Assembly: GCA_013239625.1 (NCBI GenBank) | Contig: MU054212.1 | Span: forward strand, 682,001 to 746,000 | Reading direction: 5' to 3' | DNA length: 64,000 nucleotides | Source of the DNA: Lama guanicoe | Taxonomy: Eukaryota | Part shown: positions 52,540 to 63,853 of the stretch, in pieces | Layout: each line of letters starts with the position of its first letter | Numbering within the stretch: the stretch's first letter is position 1 | Notes under the pieces: model-generated | Databases searched by the model: none | Told to the model about the DNA's origin: nothing | What the model saw: only the letters and a program-made list of their open reading frames with translations | Made by a program: the position numbers and the translations under genes

Positions 52540-53650
52540 GGACAGCCCTGCCAACCCGAGCAAGAGGCCCTGCGCAAACCTCCCGGGACAGAGTGGGAGC
52601 CAGGCCTGCACACGCCGGGGAGGACGCGGCGGGAGGACGCGGCGGGAATCCGCCGCACTGATGCCCACACTCGGCACTTCATGGCCTGCCGCATCACGCA
52701 GCCCTCCGCCGGGTGCGCGGCCCTGGGACCCTGCCCTGCCAGAAAAGGAAGGAGCCTCCGGTGCAGAGCGGGGCGTGGCCTCGGCCGGTGGGCCCCACCG
52801 CGGCGGGCGGGCCAGGCGTGGCCCGTTTAAGCGCGGAGAGCAGCGGGTCACGTGCGGAAGGGCTGGGGGCGTGGCACCAGGAAGCGGCCTCCGCGTCCGC
52901 GAGATCGCTGCCGCCGCCGCCGCCGCCGCACGGCCGGACTATCCGCGCCCGGCGCCGCTCGCCCCGCTCCACACTGGCGGCCGCCCCTGGGCCTCCCGCT
53001 GCCGCCGCCGCCGCCGCCGCGGCGCCAGCTATGGGCGAGGAGGACTACTACCTGGAGCTGTGCGAGCGGCCGGTGCACTTCGAGAAGGCGAACCCGGTCA
53101 ACTGCGTCTTCTTCGATGAGGCCAACAAGCAGGTCCGGGCTGGCCTGCGTCCTCCTCCCCCGCGCGGCCCGGCGCGCCCAGCCCGGCACTCCCGGGTGTC
53201 CCGCGCCCCGGGGCCAGGAGCCGGGGGACCAGGCCTGGGCCTCCCCTGCGGTGCACACGCGGGGCCCACGCCGGCCCCTTCCTGTGCGGTGGCCCAGGGA
53301 CCAGGCTCCGGGCAAGGGCTTTCTACCCCGAAGTGACAGCTGGGGCGGACCCCAGCCCGCGCACCGACCCTGCGCCTCTTGGCCGGGGTGCACAGCTGTT
53401 AGCACGCCGGTCTTTCCCCGGCGCCTTTTGTTGTCTGTATTTGTCATCAGTTACCCTTGCAGTCAAGGGTTTAAACACCGAGGTTTTCATTATTCTCGGA
53501 ATATTGTAAAAGGGGTGGGGGAGAAGCAGCGTGGCGGAGTAGCAGGGTGTGCGTAACTGGATCAGCGGCGCCTTTGCCGAAACGGTTTAAAACTTGGAGC
53601 CTCCGGGACCTGACCCGGTCTTGCCCAGCGGGTAGCGCTTGGAACGGTAG
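52540..53650 (+). promoter_or_regulatory. RMC1: RMC1 CpG-island promoter, exon 1 and start of intron 1
   Basis: Very CpG-dense; GC boxes, GTCACGTG 52847-52854, ETS-like CGGAAG, two (GCC)6 runs. Confidence 0.88.
53031..53132 (+). CDS. RMC1: RMC1 (C18orf8, regulator of MON1-CCZ1) exon 1 (MGEEDYYLELCERPVHFEKANPVNCVFFDEANKQ)
   Basis: 102 nt; gctATGg Kozak context; donor CAG|gtccgg; matches the recalled C18orf8 N-terminus. Confidence 0.96.
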
Positions 53651-53829
53651 CATTTTTTGGTCTCTGCCCTCTTGTTTCTTAAAATTCACGCGGACACCAA
53701 GCATCTGCAGAGTAATATGTGCCACGTTAGTTTAGATAAACTAAGGGTGGGTGGGGTATTACAAAAATCTTCATTGCAGGTTGGACTATGTGCCCAGAGC
53801 TTTTCAAAGTTGCTGCTTTCCCCTCGCAG

Positions 53830-53906
53830 GTGTTTGCTGTTCGATCTGGCGGAGCTACCGGGGTGGTCGTTAAAGGCCCAGATGACAGGAATCCCATCTC
53901 ATTTAG
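53830..53906 (+). CDS. RMC1: RMC1 exon 2 (VFAVRSGGATGVVVKGPDDRNPISFR)
   Basis: 77 nt; cag / gtaact. Confidence 0.95.
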
Positions 53907-55925
53907 GTAACTATTGCCGTTTTCAGAACACTTCACTATGTAGACAAAATGGTGTTTTTTAGTTTCTCATTCAGAAGAATGTCTTAAATGTCTTCTAAGT
54001 GTGTTGGAGGGCGGGGCGGGTAACATCCCTGTCTGGAGGAAGAGGTGTTGTCTTGGTGGCACCGTCTACTATTTCCTTTCAGAGTGAATACGTGGAGTTC
54101 CCTGTGGTTTTAGGATCCAAATACTCTAAAGTAGGGCACCTACTTCCTGGTACTTGAAATGAGCTCGTGCGTTGACGTGCCTATTTCCGGTTTCTTGACA
54201 GAGGAGGGCCTTCATTTCCTCATTTGGCCCAGGGTCTTTTCAGAGTTATCCAAAGGTGGATGCGATTCCTAGGTCAGTGTTTCCCTTGTAATAATGTATA
54301 TTAAAATCCCAGCTTCCACTGTACTTAAGGGGACTGGATGTCCCCGATTATGCATGTTGAACCATTGTAGTTCTGAATAGCAGACCCTTTCACTTTCAGA
54401 AATATCTAGATTTGTGATTACAGAAAGGGAAAGTACAGTGTGGGCCCTCAATTCAGTGGTGACTTTAGGAACATTTGACAGTTGGCCTGTGTGAATAGGA
54501 AACAATTTTTGAAGTAGAAAATGAATGTGTCTCTATTTCTTAGATCGTCATTTGTTTGGTAAACACTGACTGCAGCCTCTGTGCTGGGCACCAGGCATGT
54601 GAGGGCTTTGAGTTAGCCTGGCCCCCTTTTGGAAAACTCATGTTCAGTGTAGGGGACAGGTGGGTGGACACATACAGTTACTGTGGTTGGTGCTGGAATC
54701 TCGCTCTTCGGAGTGTTCAGAATGTGGCCACGCAGAAGAGATGTGGCATTTATCTTGGGATGGGCTGGAGAAGACCACTGCCTGGGAGGTTTTTTCAAGT
54801 CTTTGAGCAAGACATGAAAGGGAGGATTCCAGGTGGAGAAGAGAAGAGGCTTCCTGATGGAGCGGACGAGTAAGAAGGCTAGAGAGCTTGGTGCCAGGGG
54901 ACTCCCAGTCTGCGTAACTGAAGATCAGGTTTCCTGTGGGGAAGCGGGTGGTGTGGCCATTGGCAGCTTTTGACTTGAACCCTATATATTCAGCTGTGGA
55001 ATTAGGGCCTTACCTCATTACTGAAGATAAAGGTGGGGCGTGACATGATGAGATCAGCGTTTGGAAAGAGCACGTTGTTGCAGATTTGAAGCTTAATTAG
55101 TTGGGAGCGGATCAGAGTCAGCCAATTAAGAGCCGATTGCTGTAGTCTGAGCAGGCGCAGTGCAGACCAGCCCGAAGGCAGTGTAGACTGGCATCAAATA
55201 GGCACTCGGGTGCTTAGAAATATCTGTGGGTAAGACTCCTTGGTCTCTTGGGTGTGGAAAGTGAGTGAGGCCGTAATGATTCAGATTGGGGGGCTCAGGA
55301 AGGCTTGAGGGGGGAGATGCTGAATTTACCATCTTTGAAATATCTGTTTTTAATAGCTTTAATGTGGTTTAATTATTATTAACTGCATATATTTGACTTA
55401 TGTGTATAACCATGAAAACACTGCAGTCAAGGTAATGAACACTCCCATCCCCCCAAGAGTCTCCTCTGTGATCATCCCCTGACTCCCTCGTGCGTGACGG
55501 CTGCTCGAGGCAGTTGTAAGGCACCAGGTCGAGCTGTCCTGGGCCTAGTGAGTAGGGAAAAGTGGGTGCCTCTTTCAAAAGCACTGCTGTGAGGGCGATG
55601 GAGAGAGAAGGTGGAGTGTGTGGAGAAGGTTACTGTGTGGGTTCCGGCTTATTTTTGTCTGAAAGGAGTCTCGGCTGAGCGCGCAGTGTTCTCAGTTTCT
55701 CGTCACTTGTTACCTGCAGTACCATCGATCTCTCCAGCTACCTGTTGCCAGTTGGACTTCGTTGTTCGAAAAGAGGTCCTACTAATAGCATCAGAAACTT
55801 AATTGTAAACTAAGATTTTCTGCTGCTTCCTGAATATTTAACTTGTTTTTTTCCTTCTCCCGAAATGATAGAAGCTGGAATTCAGTTATGAAGTGTAACT
55901 CATAACCTGCTCTTTCTTGTTAAAG

Positions 55926-56010
55926 GATGGAGGACAAAGGAGAAGTGAAGTGCATTAAGTTTTCCTTAGAAAATAAGATCCTGGCTGTTCAGAGGACCTC
56001 AAAGACCGTG
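55926..56010 (+). CDS. RMC1: RMC1 exon 3 (MEDKGEVKCIKFSLENKILAVQRTSKTV)
   Basis: 85 nt; aag / gtaaga. Confidence 0.95.
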
Positions 56011-56748
56011 GTAAGACTTATCTTTAAGTACAGTGTGAAGAAAGGGACATTAGAAGTACTTTTGGAAGAGAACGCATTGCAGAATTCCAGTCTTAAAGGA
56101 ACCATTTGTTAATTTAATGTCCTGGAAGCTGTGGCTATGTTGCACTGTGTTTGAGCCTTTGGATTCTTGAAGATGAGAAAGACATTCGAATGGATAAATA
56201 ATTACAGGCTTAGTTTGTCATGTTTGACTTCAGAAACTTCTTAAGTTAATTTGGCACCTCAGGCATCTTTTGTATTGATCGGTAGCTAGGACCAGAGATT
56301 ATGTGAAGCGTATTTTTGGCGACTTTGTGAACTCCCCTTGCCCCAGTAACTCGGTCTGTTCTCTTCTCTCACCTTTCAGTTCTTGACCTAATAGGAGCAG
56401 ATATTCCAGGCTGGAGCAGCTCGTTGGCGTTTTAGCCTTCATAATTATTCACCATTTGTAAAGTAGAGAAAAAGCTGTTGGGAAGAAGGCAGAATCCTAT
56501 CTCCTCCTGTCAGTGTTAATTGCTAAAATGTTTGGAAAGCCTCTTGTAACATATAGCAACCCATTTCTCTGAAATCAGCTGTTGGAGGAATGACTTTTCT
56601 AAACCCTAACAGTATTTGGATTAACTTATTTTAAAAAATTGAATTGTCAACCTGTTGCTGTTAGAGGGGCAGATTGTCCAAATTAATGTTTTTATTTTTC
56701 CTGTCTTTGGTTTTTGTCAGGTTGGGGCTTTTTTGATCACTTTTTAAA

Positions 56749-56817
56749 AAAAAAATAATTTTTTTTTTTTTGGCTAGGGGAGGTAATTAGGTTTATTTTC
56801 AGAGGAGATACTGAGGA
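56749..56817 (-). mobile_element. 5'-truncated camelid-type SINE tail with 15-bp TSD
   Basis: ggggaggtaattaggttt tail motif; TSD tgatcactttttaaa at 56734-56748 and 56818-56832. Confidence 0.8.
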
Positions 56818-56922
56818 TGATCACTTTTTAAATTTTTTTTTTTGGTCTCATTGTGTACCGAAGGAGGTTGGCAGGGTGCTGCCCAATCCTAATTTCTCCT
56901 TGTGTGTGTGTTTTTCTTTCAG

Positions 56923-56979
56923 GATTTTTCTAATTTCATCCCAGATAGCTCTCAGCTGGAGTACACGCAGGAGTGCAAG
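56923..56979 (+). CDS. RMC1: RMC1 exon 4 (DFSNFIPDSSQLEYTQECK)
   Basis: 57 nt; cag / gtatgg. Confidence 0.95.
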
Positions 56980-58094
56980 GTATGGGCCCCATCCTTCCCC
57001 AGCGGGGCCGTGTTACCCACGTGGGTGACGTCCAGGCACAGGGGAGCTGGTAACTGAAAGCACGAGCTAGAAGCAGGTTGTGTCTGAGTGCCGGGATCGG
57101 CCTCGCTGTGGCTGGGACTGGGACACGTCTCACAGTTGTGAAGGCCTGTTTCTCTATCTGTAAGGTGGAGCTGGAAGGATTAAATGGATGAGGAAGGTTA
57201 AACGCCGGGCCCTGAGCCATGTCAGCACGTGGTGGCTGTTGTCTTCCGGTCACCCCTGCCCCTCCCGCGGGGCTGGCGAGTCTGGGTCAGACCCTGGGTT
57301 CCCTTCACAGCAGCCTCTTCGGAGGTTTTGGAAGAGATTTTTCTGTTTCCTGATAACGTTTTCTTTCCTTGACTTGTGCTGCTCGTTCCTTTCCTTCCGT
57401 CTCTGTTTCTCTCTTCCCTTCTTTCCCGCAGTGTAGGTTCTAATCCACTTTAGTTAGATTTGCCAGGCCTGATGAATGAGGCTGGGGGGCTCGGCTCAGA
57501 GCGGCATCGTGGCACCGGGAAACAAGTAGCAGCTGGCCCCAGTGGGGTAGGGCCTTTTCCATCTGCGATGGTTTTGCTGCTTGGGGCTCCATGTGGGCCC
57601 CATGACAAGGAGAGGCCCGTCCGCCAGACACCTGTGTCCCTGGTGGACCTCCAGGTGCTCCTCGTGGCCCAGCTGCCCCCAGGCTCCCAGCTCTGCTGTT
57701 CACCCAAAACACGGGGTGTTGGTCTGGGCCCCCAGCCCACTTGGGCAACACTCATGGAGAATCTTTGTACTTACAACGCCAGCTCCTCTGTTATGTTTGA
57801 CTCAGAGAGTGCTAGCGTCCTCTGATTCCTAGAGGCAGAGGATGATAACTGCTGGGCGGTTCCCTTTCTGCAGAACTCAGGCTTTTCCTTCTGTGCTGCT
57901 GACGAGAAGGGCTTCAGATTCAGGTGCTCAGTGAGGTGCTACAGGTGAAAATCTGGGAACACGCATTTGTTCATAAGTAATCAAATATGAGTAACATTAA
58001 AGAGTGGTTAAAAACATCAGGATATTTCAAGCTTTTGAAGAAAATTAAACTTTTTTTTAATTAATAAAAAAAATCTTTCTATAATTCTTTTCAG

Positions 58095-58181
58095 ACCAAA
58101 AATGCTAACATACTAGGATTCTGCTGGACCAGTTCTACTGAAATTGTCTTCATAACAGATCAAGGAATTGAATTTTACCAG
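58095..58181 (+). CDS. RMC1: RMC1 exon 5 (TKNANILGFCWTSSTEIVFITDQGIEFYQ)
   Basis: 87 nt; cag / gtactg. Confidence 0.95.
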
Positions 58182-59420
58182 GTACTGTATCACTTACACA
58201 AGCTTTGTATGTGAGCCTTTATGAGACTTAAAGCGAGCAGTGACACGTCATGAGCAGTTACGCCCTGTGATAACCCTCTGAGGTAATTCTCTTGTCCTCC
58301 TGGGCAGCAGGGCAGAAGTGTGACTAACACAGTGACTTCCATAAATACAGACCTAATTAAGAAACTAGAGCTTAATATCCACTGAAGCATCATGTTTTTC
58401 TCTCTGAAATTACCCTCATCGCCACCAGACACAACCAAATCAAGACTAATTTGTTTGCAAAAGTAAGTCAGGTCAATTGACCACATAGGCTCCTCCAAAC
58501 TGACTGTGGTAGAATTCCTACGGAATCTCAGGCTGAATCCCCAAAAGGCCTCTCAGGGCCAGGAAAACCATGCCAGAGGCCTGCCACCGGATTCCGCCTC
58601 CGCGGCTTTCCCTCTTCTAGAGATCCCCAAAACATCCAAATTCCTGTACATGGCAGGAGACAGTCTTTCCCATTCACCTGGTAAGGCTGCTCGGAACCCA
58701 AGTCTCCAGTTTCTGGAGGGACCAGGCAGAGAGAAAAGAAAAATATTTCAATTCTACCTACAGAGGTGTAATTTTTACCAAATTGCTGTGAGCCATGAGT
58801 AACTTGTGGGGGAGAGCCTCCGTATATCTGGAAAGCACGGATCAAAACCAGTAATAGTCCAGACAGAAACCATAAGCATTCACCGTTTCACTCAGTAACT
58901 AATCCTTTTTGTTAACAGTTTCATGAAGCTGTCAGATTTTCCATTAGGATTTTAAAATTTCCCCAGTTCACTGGTGCAGTCTGAAATGTGTCAGAAACCA
59001 GTACTTGTCAAAAAATCTTTCCTGTGAATCTTTTTGAAGATGAAGCACTTCTTCCAAAGCATCGAAGTCCAACAATTACTGTCTATAAATGACAGAGACT
59101 TAAAAATGTATGGATGAACACCGGATTACGAAGTAATCCATTAAGAAACTGGTTACAATAACTAGAATTATGGCTGATAACATTTACTTTAACACATCAA
59201 ATAATCCTAGTTAATTTAATATTTCTCTTTCTCTCTGAGATGCCTCAGGATTCCTCTGAAGCATCTCAAAGTTAGCCGGAGGTCAAGAGAACTTTTAGAA
59301 TCTGCCAGACAATCCTTACTCACATAACCAAAGTGGCATGCTTTTTATTATTTTCCTCGTCAGTCTCTGGACATCGTGCTGGTTTTAAGTGAAGATTCTG
59401 TTTCTTGAACTTTGTTTCAG

Positions 59421-59561
59421 GTCTTACCAGAGAAGCGGAGCCTGAAACTCCTAAAGAGCCAGAACATCAACGTGAACTGGTACCTGTACTGTCCTGAGAG
59501 CGCCGTCGTCCTGCTGTCTACCACGGTGCTCGGGAATGTGCTGCAGCCCTTCTATTTCCGG
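59421..59561 (+). CDS. RMC1: RMC1 exon 6 (VLPEKRSLKLLKSQNINVNWYLYCPESAVVLLSTTVLGNVLQPFYFR)
   Basis: 141 nt; cag / gtcaga. Confidence 0.95.
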
Positions 59562-59886
59562 GTCAGAGTCAGCCTTGCTTTAAAAACAAAAAAAGATGCC
59601 CGTTTTCCCCCTCCTGCCTTGTTCCTCTGACATCCTCACTGGTGCAATATCTTCCAAGGGGAAGGGTCCTCCAACAAGAGCCTCACCACTTCTGGCCACT
59701 AGAGGGCACCCCGTACCATCCCATCCCCACCAAGAGGGAGTCATTCTGGGGACAGGCACCCCGGACCCTGGAAAGGATGCAAAGACATTGCATGTGTGTA
59801 TAGCCTCAATGACCTGACATAGGCAGTGCTAAAACATCAAAGAGGTTTAATAAGCTTTTCCTAAGACTTTTTTCTCCCCCAAACAG

Positions 59887-59990
59887 GCTGGCACTATGTC
59901 GAAGCTGCCCAAGTTTGAGATCGAATTACCAGCTGCACCGAAGTCCACTAAACTGAACCTTTCCGAGAGAGACATTGCCATGGCGACAAT
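59887..59990 (+). CDS. RMC1: RMC1 exon 7 (AGTMSKLPKFEIELPAAPKSTKLNLSERDIAMATI)
   Basis: 104 nt; cag / gtatgt. Confidence 0.95.
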
Positions 59991-61231
59991 GTATGTCTGT
60001 CCTTTGAGAGAAGTCCTTCTCATAATAGCTTTCAGGGATGTCAGTAAGAGAAGAGGCGTGTTGTAAGCACCCTAGGGCCACCCTTGGCCTAGGTAGCCTC
60101 CATCAAGGACTTCCCCTTCCCCTCTTAGTACCGGAATCTTATGATTATAGAAAGCCTGTCATCTTGACATTCTTTTGTAACTTTACTAGCTTTGTGATCT
60201 TGGGGAAGTTTTTTTTCCACCATTCTAGTCGGATAAAATAAGAATTTGAACCAATTTGTTTCTTAGTTTTAGAATTTTTTCTTCATTCTGTGAGTTGAAG
60301 CTTATCAAGGATTATTTTTTAGCTAAACTATATCATACTTGCTCTAAAGAACTAGTGTATATTTTTAATCTAACATAGATCTGAATTACGCACGTTAAGA
60401 GGATGTATTTTCATTTGGAAATGCAGATATCTCAATTTTAAAACTTTATTATGAAAATATCAAACACACAAAAATAGAAACTGATACAAAGAGCCCCCTA
60501 ATTCCCATAACCCTGTTCAGCAAATACCAATATTTTGCTCCTAAATTTCTTCTGATTCTTCTATAGCCTAAAATGGTGGTTTCCAAACTGTAAAATTTTT
60601 TAGCACTTAGAATGCGTTTTTTTTCCCCCAAGAAATCTGAAGCATCCTGGTTTAGAAAAAGATAAAATGAGAACAGTCCTTGCCAAAGTGGAGGTGGAGA
60701 CCTGCGCCCTCCCCTTGGTCTCCTCCTTGTCCCTGAAGTAGGCCCGGCACAGTGTGGAGTAAAAACAAGCCTGCAGGAACTGGTCACAGCAGCATTTATC
60801 AGAGGAGCTTAAAAATGAGGAGTGGTTGTATTTTCCTGTGATTAAGGGATATACTCGTTATACAAAACTTGGAAATTACAGAACGTTAAAAAGAAAATGG
60901 ACTTAGCATATGACTCACTGACAGCTATTAACAATACGTATTTCCAGTAGTTTGGGATATTCTGTATAAGCTTGTGTTTTTCTTTTGAAATAGTATGATA
61001 AAGCGATATTTAGGTTTGTATCTCCCCTTTTCACTTAACTTGTAACAGGCTTTTTTTTTTAAGCTAACTTGCGCTTTCTTTGTAAATATTTTGGTTGCAA
61101 AAGATCCCATTGAGTGAGTATCTCGTAATCCACTTAAACATGGCCTTACCACTCAGCAGTTAGAGCAGAGGGGGTTCAGGCGGCAGAGGGGGTTCAGGCG
61201 GCGGCGGGGCTGATGTCTCTGTTGTTGGCAG

Positions 61232-61321
61232 ATACGGGCAGCTGTACGTGCTCTTCCTGAGGCACCACTCGCGGACGTCCAACAGCACGGGAGCGGAAGT
61301 TGTCCTCTACCACCTGCCACG
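61232..61321 (+). CDS. RMC1: RMC1 exon 8 (YGQLYVLFLRHHSRTSNSTGAEVVLYHLPR)
   Basis: 90 nt; cag / gtacac. Confidence 0.95.
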
Positions 61322-61413
61322 GTACACTTCGTGCACGCTCCCCTCTTTCTCCAGTTTTAAGGCATGCACTGAGGCTTGTCGATCTAGTTTTTGACCTTTC
61401 TGTTGTCCTGCAG

Positions 61414-61519
61414 AGAAGGTGCCTGCAAAAAGATGCACATACTGAAGTTAAGCCGGACGGGGAAGTTCGCCCTCAACGTGGTGGACAACCTGGTGGTCGT
61501 GCATCACCAGGACACAGAG
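61414..61519 (+). CDS. RMC1: RMC1 exon 9 (EGACKKMHILKLSRTGKFALNVVDNLVVVHHQDTE)
   Basis: 106 nt; follows a 92-nt intron; cag / gtatga. Confidence 0.95.
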
Positions 61520-62268
61520 GTATGAGCGCGTAGGGGTGTCCGGGCCGCTTGCCTGGCTTCCAGTTGGGAAAGTTAACCCAACATCCTGGGCAAAGACAAG
61601 GAAGTGCTTTTTATGTTGCAAGTTTTGGTCTTCCAGGTGGAAGGGGGTTTCATATTCCAGATGGTTTAGGGAAAACAGTGATGCCCTGTAAGTTGATAGG
61701 ATAATTGGAAACTGTTTTCAGAAAATCACACGGGAGGAGATTGGACTTTAGAACAGTTATTTGGTTGAATCAGCTTAGCTGGGAATCCACCACAGATCCA
61801 CCGTGTTGTGTGAGCACACGGCTCAGTAGTTCCCTTCTGAGGGTCCGTGATGATGGTTTTGAGGCTGTGTGGCCCAAGAGAAAGAGCTAGGATGGGTCCT
61901 GCTTTTTCTGCAGTGTTAGCTGGGTGTCTGCTGGTAGACAGGCCACTTCCCTCCCTCCCTTCTGGAGGCTGGTGACGCCCAGTCACTTACTGATGAAGAT
62001 GCTGCCACTTACAGTGAAAAAGATCTGTTTAAATTGCCGGAGCTCTTAGATGAGGCATGTCATAGGAGGTGGGAATACTTGAGAGCTGATAAAACAGAGA
62101 GAGAGGGCTGCGATGTCACAGCAGGTTCCTGCTCCCGTGGGAGCTGGCGCAGGGGTGGGTGCAGACACAGACTCGTCAGCGGGGCTGAGACAGCAGACGT
62201 GAGGCGTCAGGTGGGGCGGGTTGAGCCGTGACTCATTTTGGTGTCACCACCTTGTCCTTCCGCCTTAG

Positions 62269-62380
62269 ACGTCGGTGATATTTGACATCAGGCTAAGGGG
62301 AGAGTTCGATGGCACCGTCACCCTCCATCACCCGGTGCTTCCCGCCCGATCGATTCACCCCTATCAGATCCCCGCGGCAG
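62269..62380 (+). CDS. RMC1: RMC1 exon 10 (TSVIFDIRLRGEFDGTVTLHHPVLPARSIHPYQIPAA)
   Basis: 112 nt; tag / gtaaga. Confidence 0.95.
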
Positions 62381-63242
62381 GTAAGAGGGATGGAAGGAGG
62401 AGCGGGTCCGCGCTTCCCAGATCTGTTTGCCCTTGTGACGGGTGATTCTGCTTTTTTTTTTTAAGTGAAACTCGTACCAATTCTATAAGTTAAAACTGTG
62501 TTCTTGTGAAAAGCACTTTGTAAGAAAAATGAATCTTCCTTTGAGGAAAACAGAATGATTCTCTTCTGTGAGCTCTGAGGTGGGCGGTCGTGATTACCCA
62601 TCCAACTGGGAGGATTGTTTTCATGTTGAAGAAGCCGGCGGTGGCGTTTTGTTTCCTGTGCTCTGTAACCCCGGGGTTAGACGCGGCTGCTTACAGCGGT
62701 TTTAGCCCAGGATCACTTCTCCTTATCTACCTCCCGTTCTGAGTCCTTATTACAACAAATACCGCGTTCTCCCCTGGCTGAGGTCACAGTCAGTGCTTAC
62801 GGCTGTGCTCCTGAGGTTGTTCTGAACCAGTGCTCAGACCTGAAGGGGCAGCAATAGGAAGTCAGGGAGGAGACACGGTCAGTATTTCAGGGAAGGGAAA
62901 AGAAACCGATTGGGTTCTTTTGCCTTTTCCCAGTGTAATCCGTTTCAAAGTAGAACTCAACAGTGTTCTTTTTAAAGGAGGTTGGAGCCCAGAGTAAGCT
63001 AGTTGAAGTTGCATGTGCAGACCGTAGTCAGCAGGTGCACATCTGGAACTTGGGAGCCGTGCCAGGGAGCACGGGGGGTCGGCCTCGCCTGCAGCTCCGG
63101 TGTCCTCACTCGGGTCACAGAGCAGGTCAGGCTCGGGCCGATGGCAGGAGAGGAGTGCTGCCTCTCGCCTGCCCCCCGTCTTTCTGGGGGAAAACACGCT
63201 ACTGCGGACCAGGAACAGCGGGGTTGATGCTTGTGTGCCGTC

Positions 63243-63387
63243 CGGTTGGCCCTCCGTTCCCAGGTTCTGCAGCCAAGGATTCAGCCAGCCACGGACCATG
63301 TGGTCCTGCAGTTTCCACTGTCGCAGAACAGCCGTGTATAAGTGGACCCGCGCAGTCCAAACCTGCCTGGTTCGAGGGTCAGCTGTA
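63243..63387. mobile_element. Tigger-family (TcMar) MITE remnant, MER8-like
   Basis: Termini ggttggccctccg... and aagtggacccgcgcagtccaaacc..ggttcgagggtcagctgta. Confidence 0.65.
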
Positions 63388-63808
63388 GTCTTCAGGTTCT
63401 GTGTTCTTTCCAGCTTCTTTCTTTTCCCAGGATAGTGAGTTATCTGGGTATTTGGTTCTGAGCCACCCAGGTGAATTTCTCAGTCCTTTAACGCACACCT
63501 GTGGATGAGGAATCGTCTTTGGTTATTAGAAAGAAAATGCTGTGAATGGAGTTTTGACCTGCTTTCCCCCTCGTGGCAAGACCTCTTCGTGGATTGTTCT
63601 CAGCGTCCTCCTTCCTCCTCATGTGTGTTATCAGTGGGACTCGACTGTTCACTTCTTCCTTGTTCAGCTACGGCTGAATAAACGTTCACTGGAGGCTTCA
63701 GAAGGCTCAGTGTTGAGCTAAGTGTTAGATTCAGATTCACGTGCCTGTGTTGGCAGCGCTTTGCAGTTGTCTTGCCAGCCCTCGCACACGTGTCTTCTCC
63801 GTTCATAG

Positions 63809-63853
63809 GTCCTGCTCCCGTGACCAGCCAGTCCCCCGTCCCGTGTAAACTCT
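63809..63853 (+). CDS. RMC1: RMC1 exon 11 (GPAPVTSQSPVPCKL); gene continues right of the window
   Basis: 45 nt; acceptor catag; ends at the U12-type donor GTATCCTTT. Confidence 0.9.

Noticed and set aside
52438..53556. Stack of 130-230-aa ORFs on both strands at the RMC1 5' end
   Set aside because: Stop-codon depletion in a GC-rich island; only 53031-53132 is supported as coding
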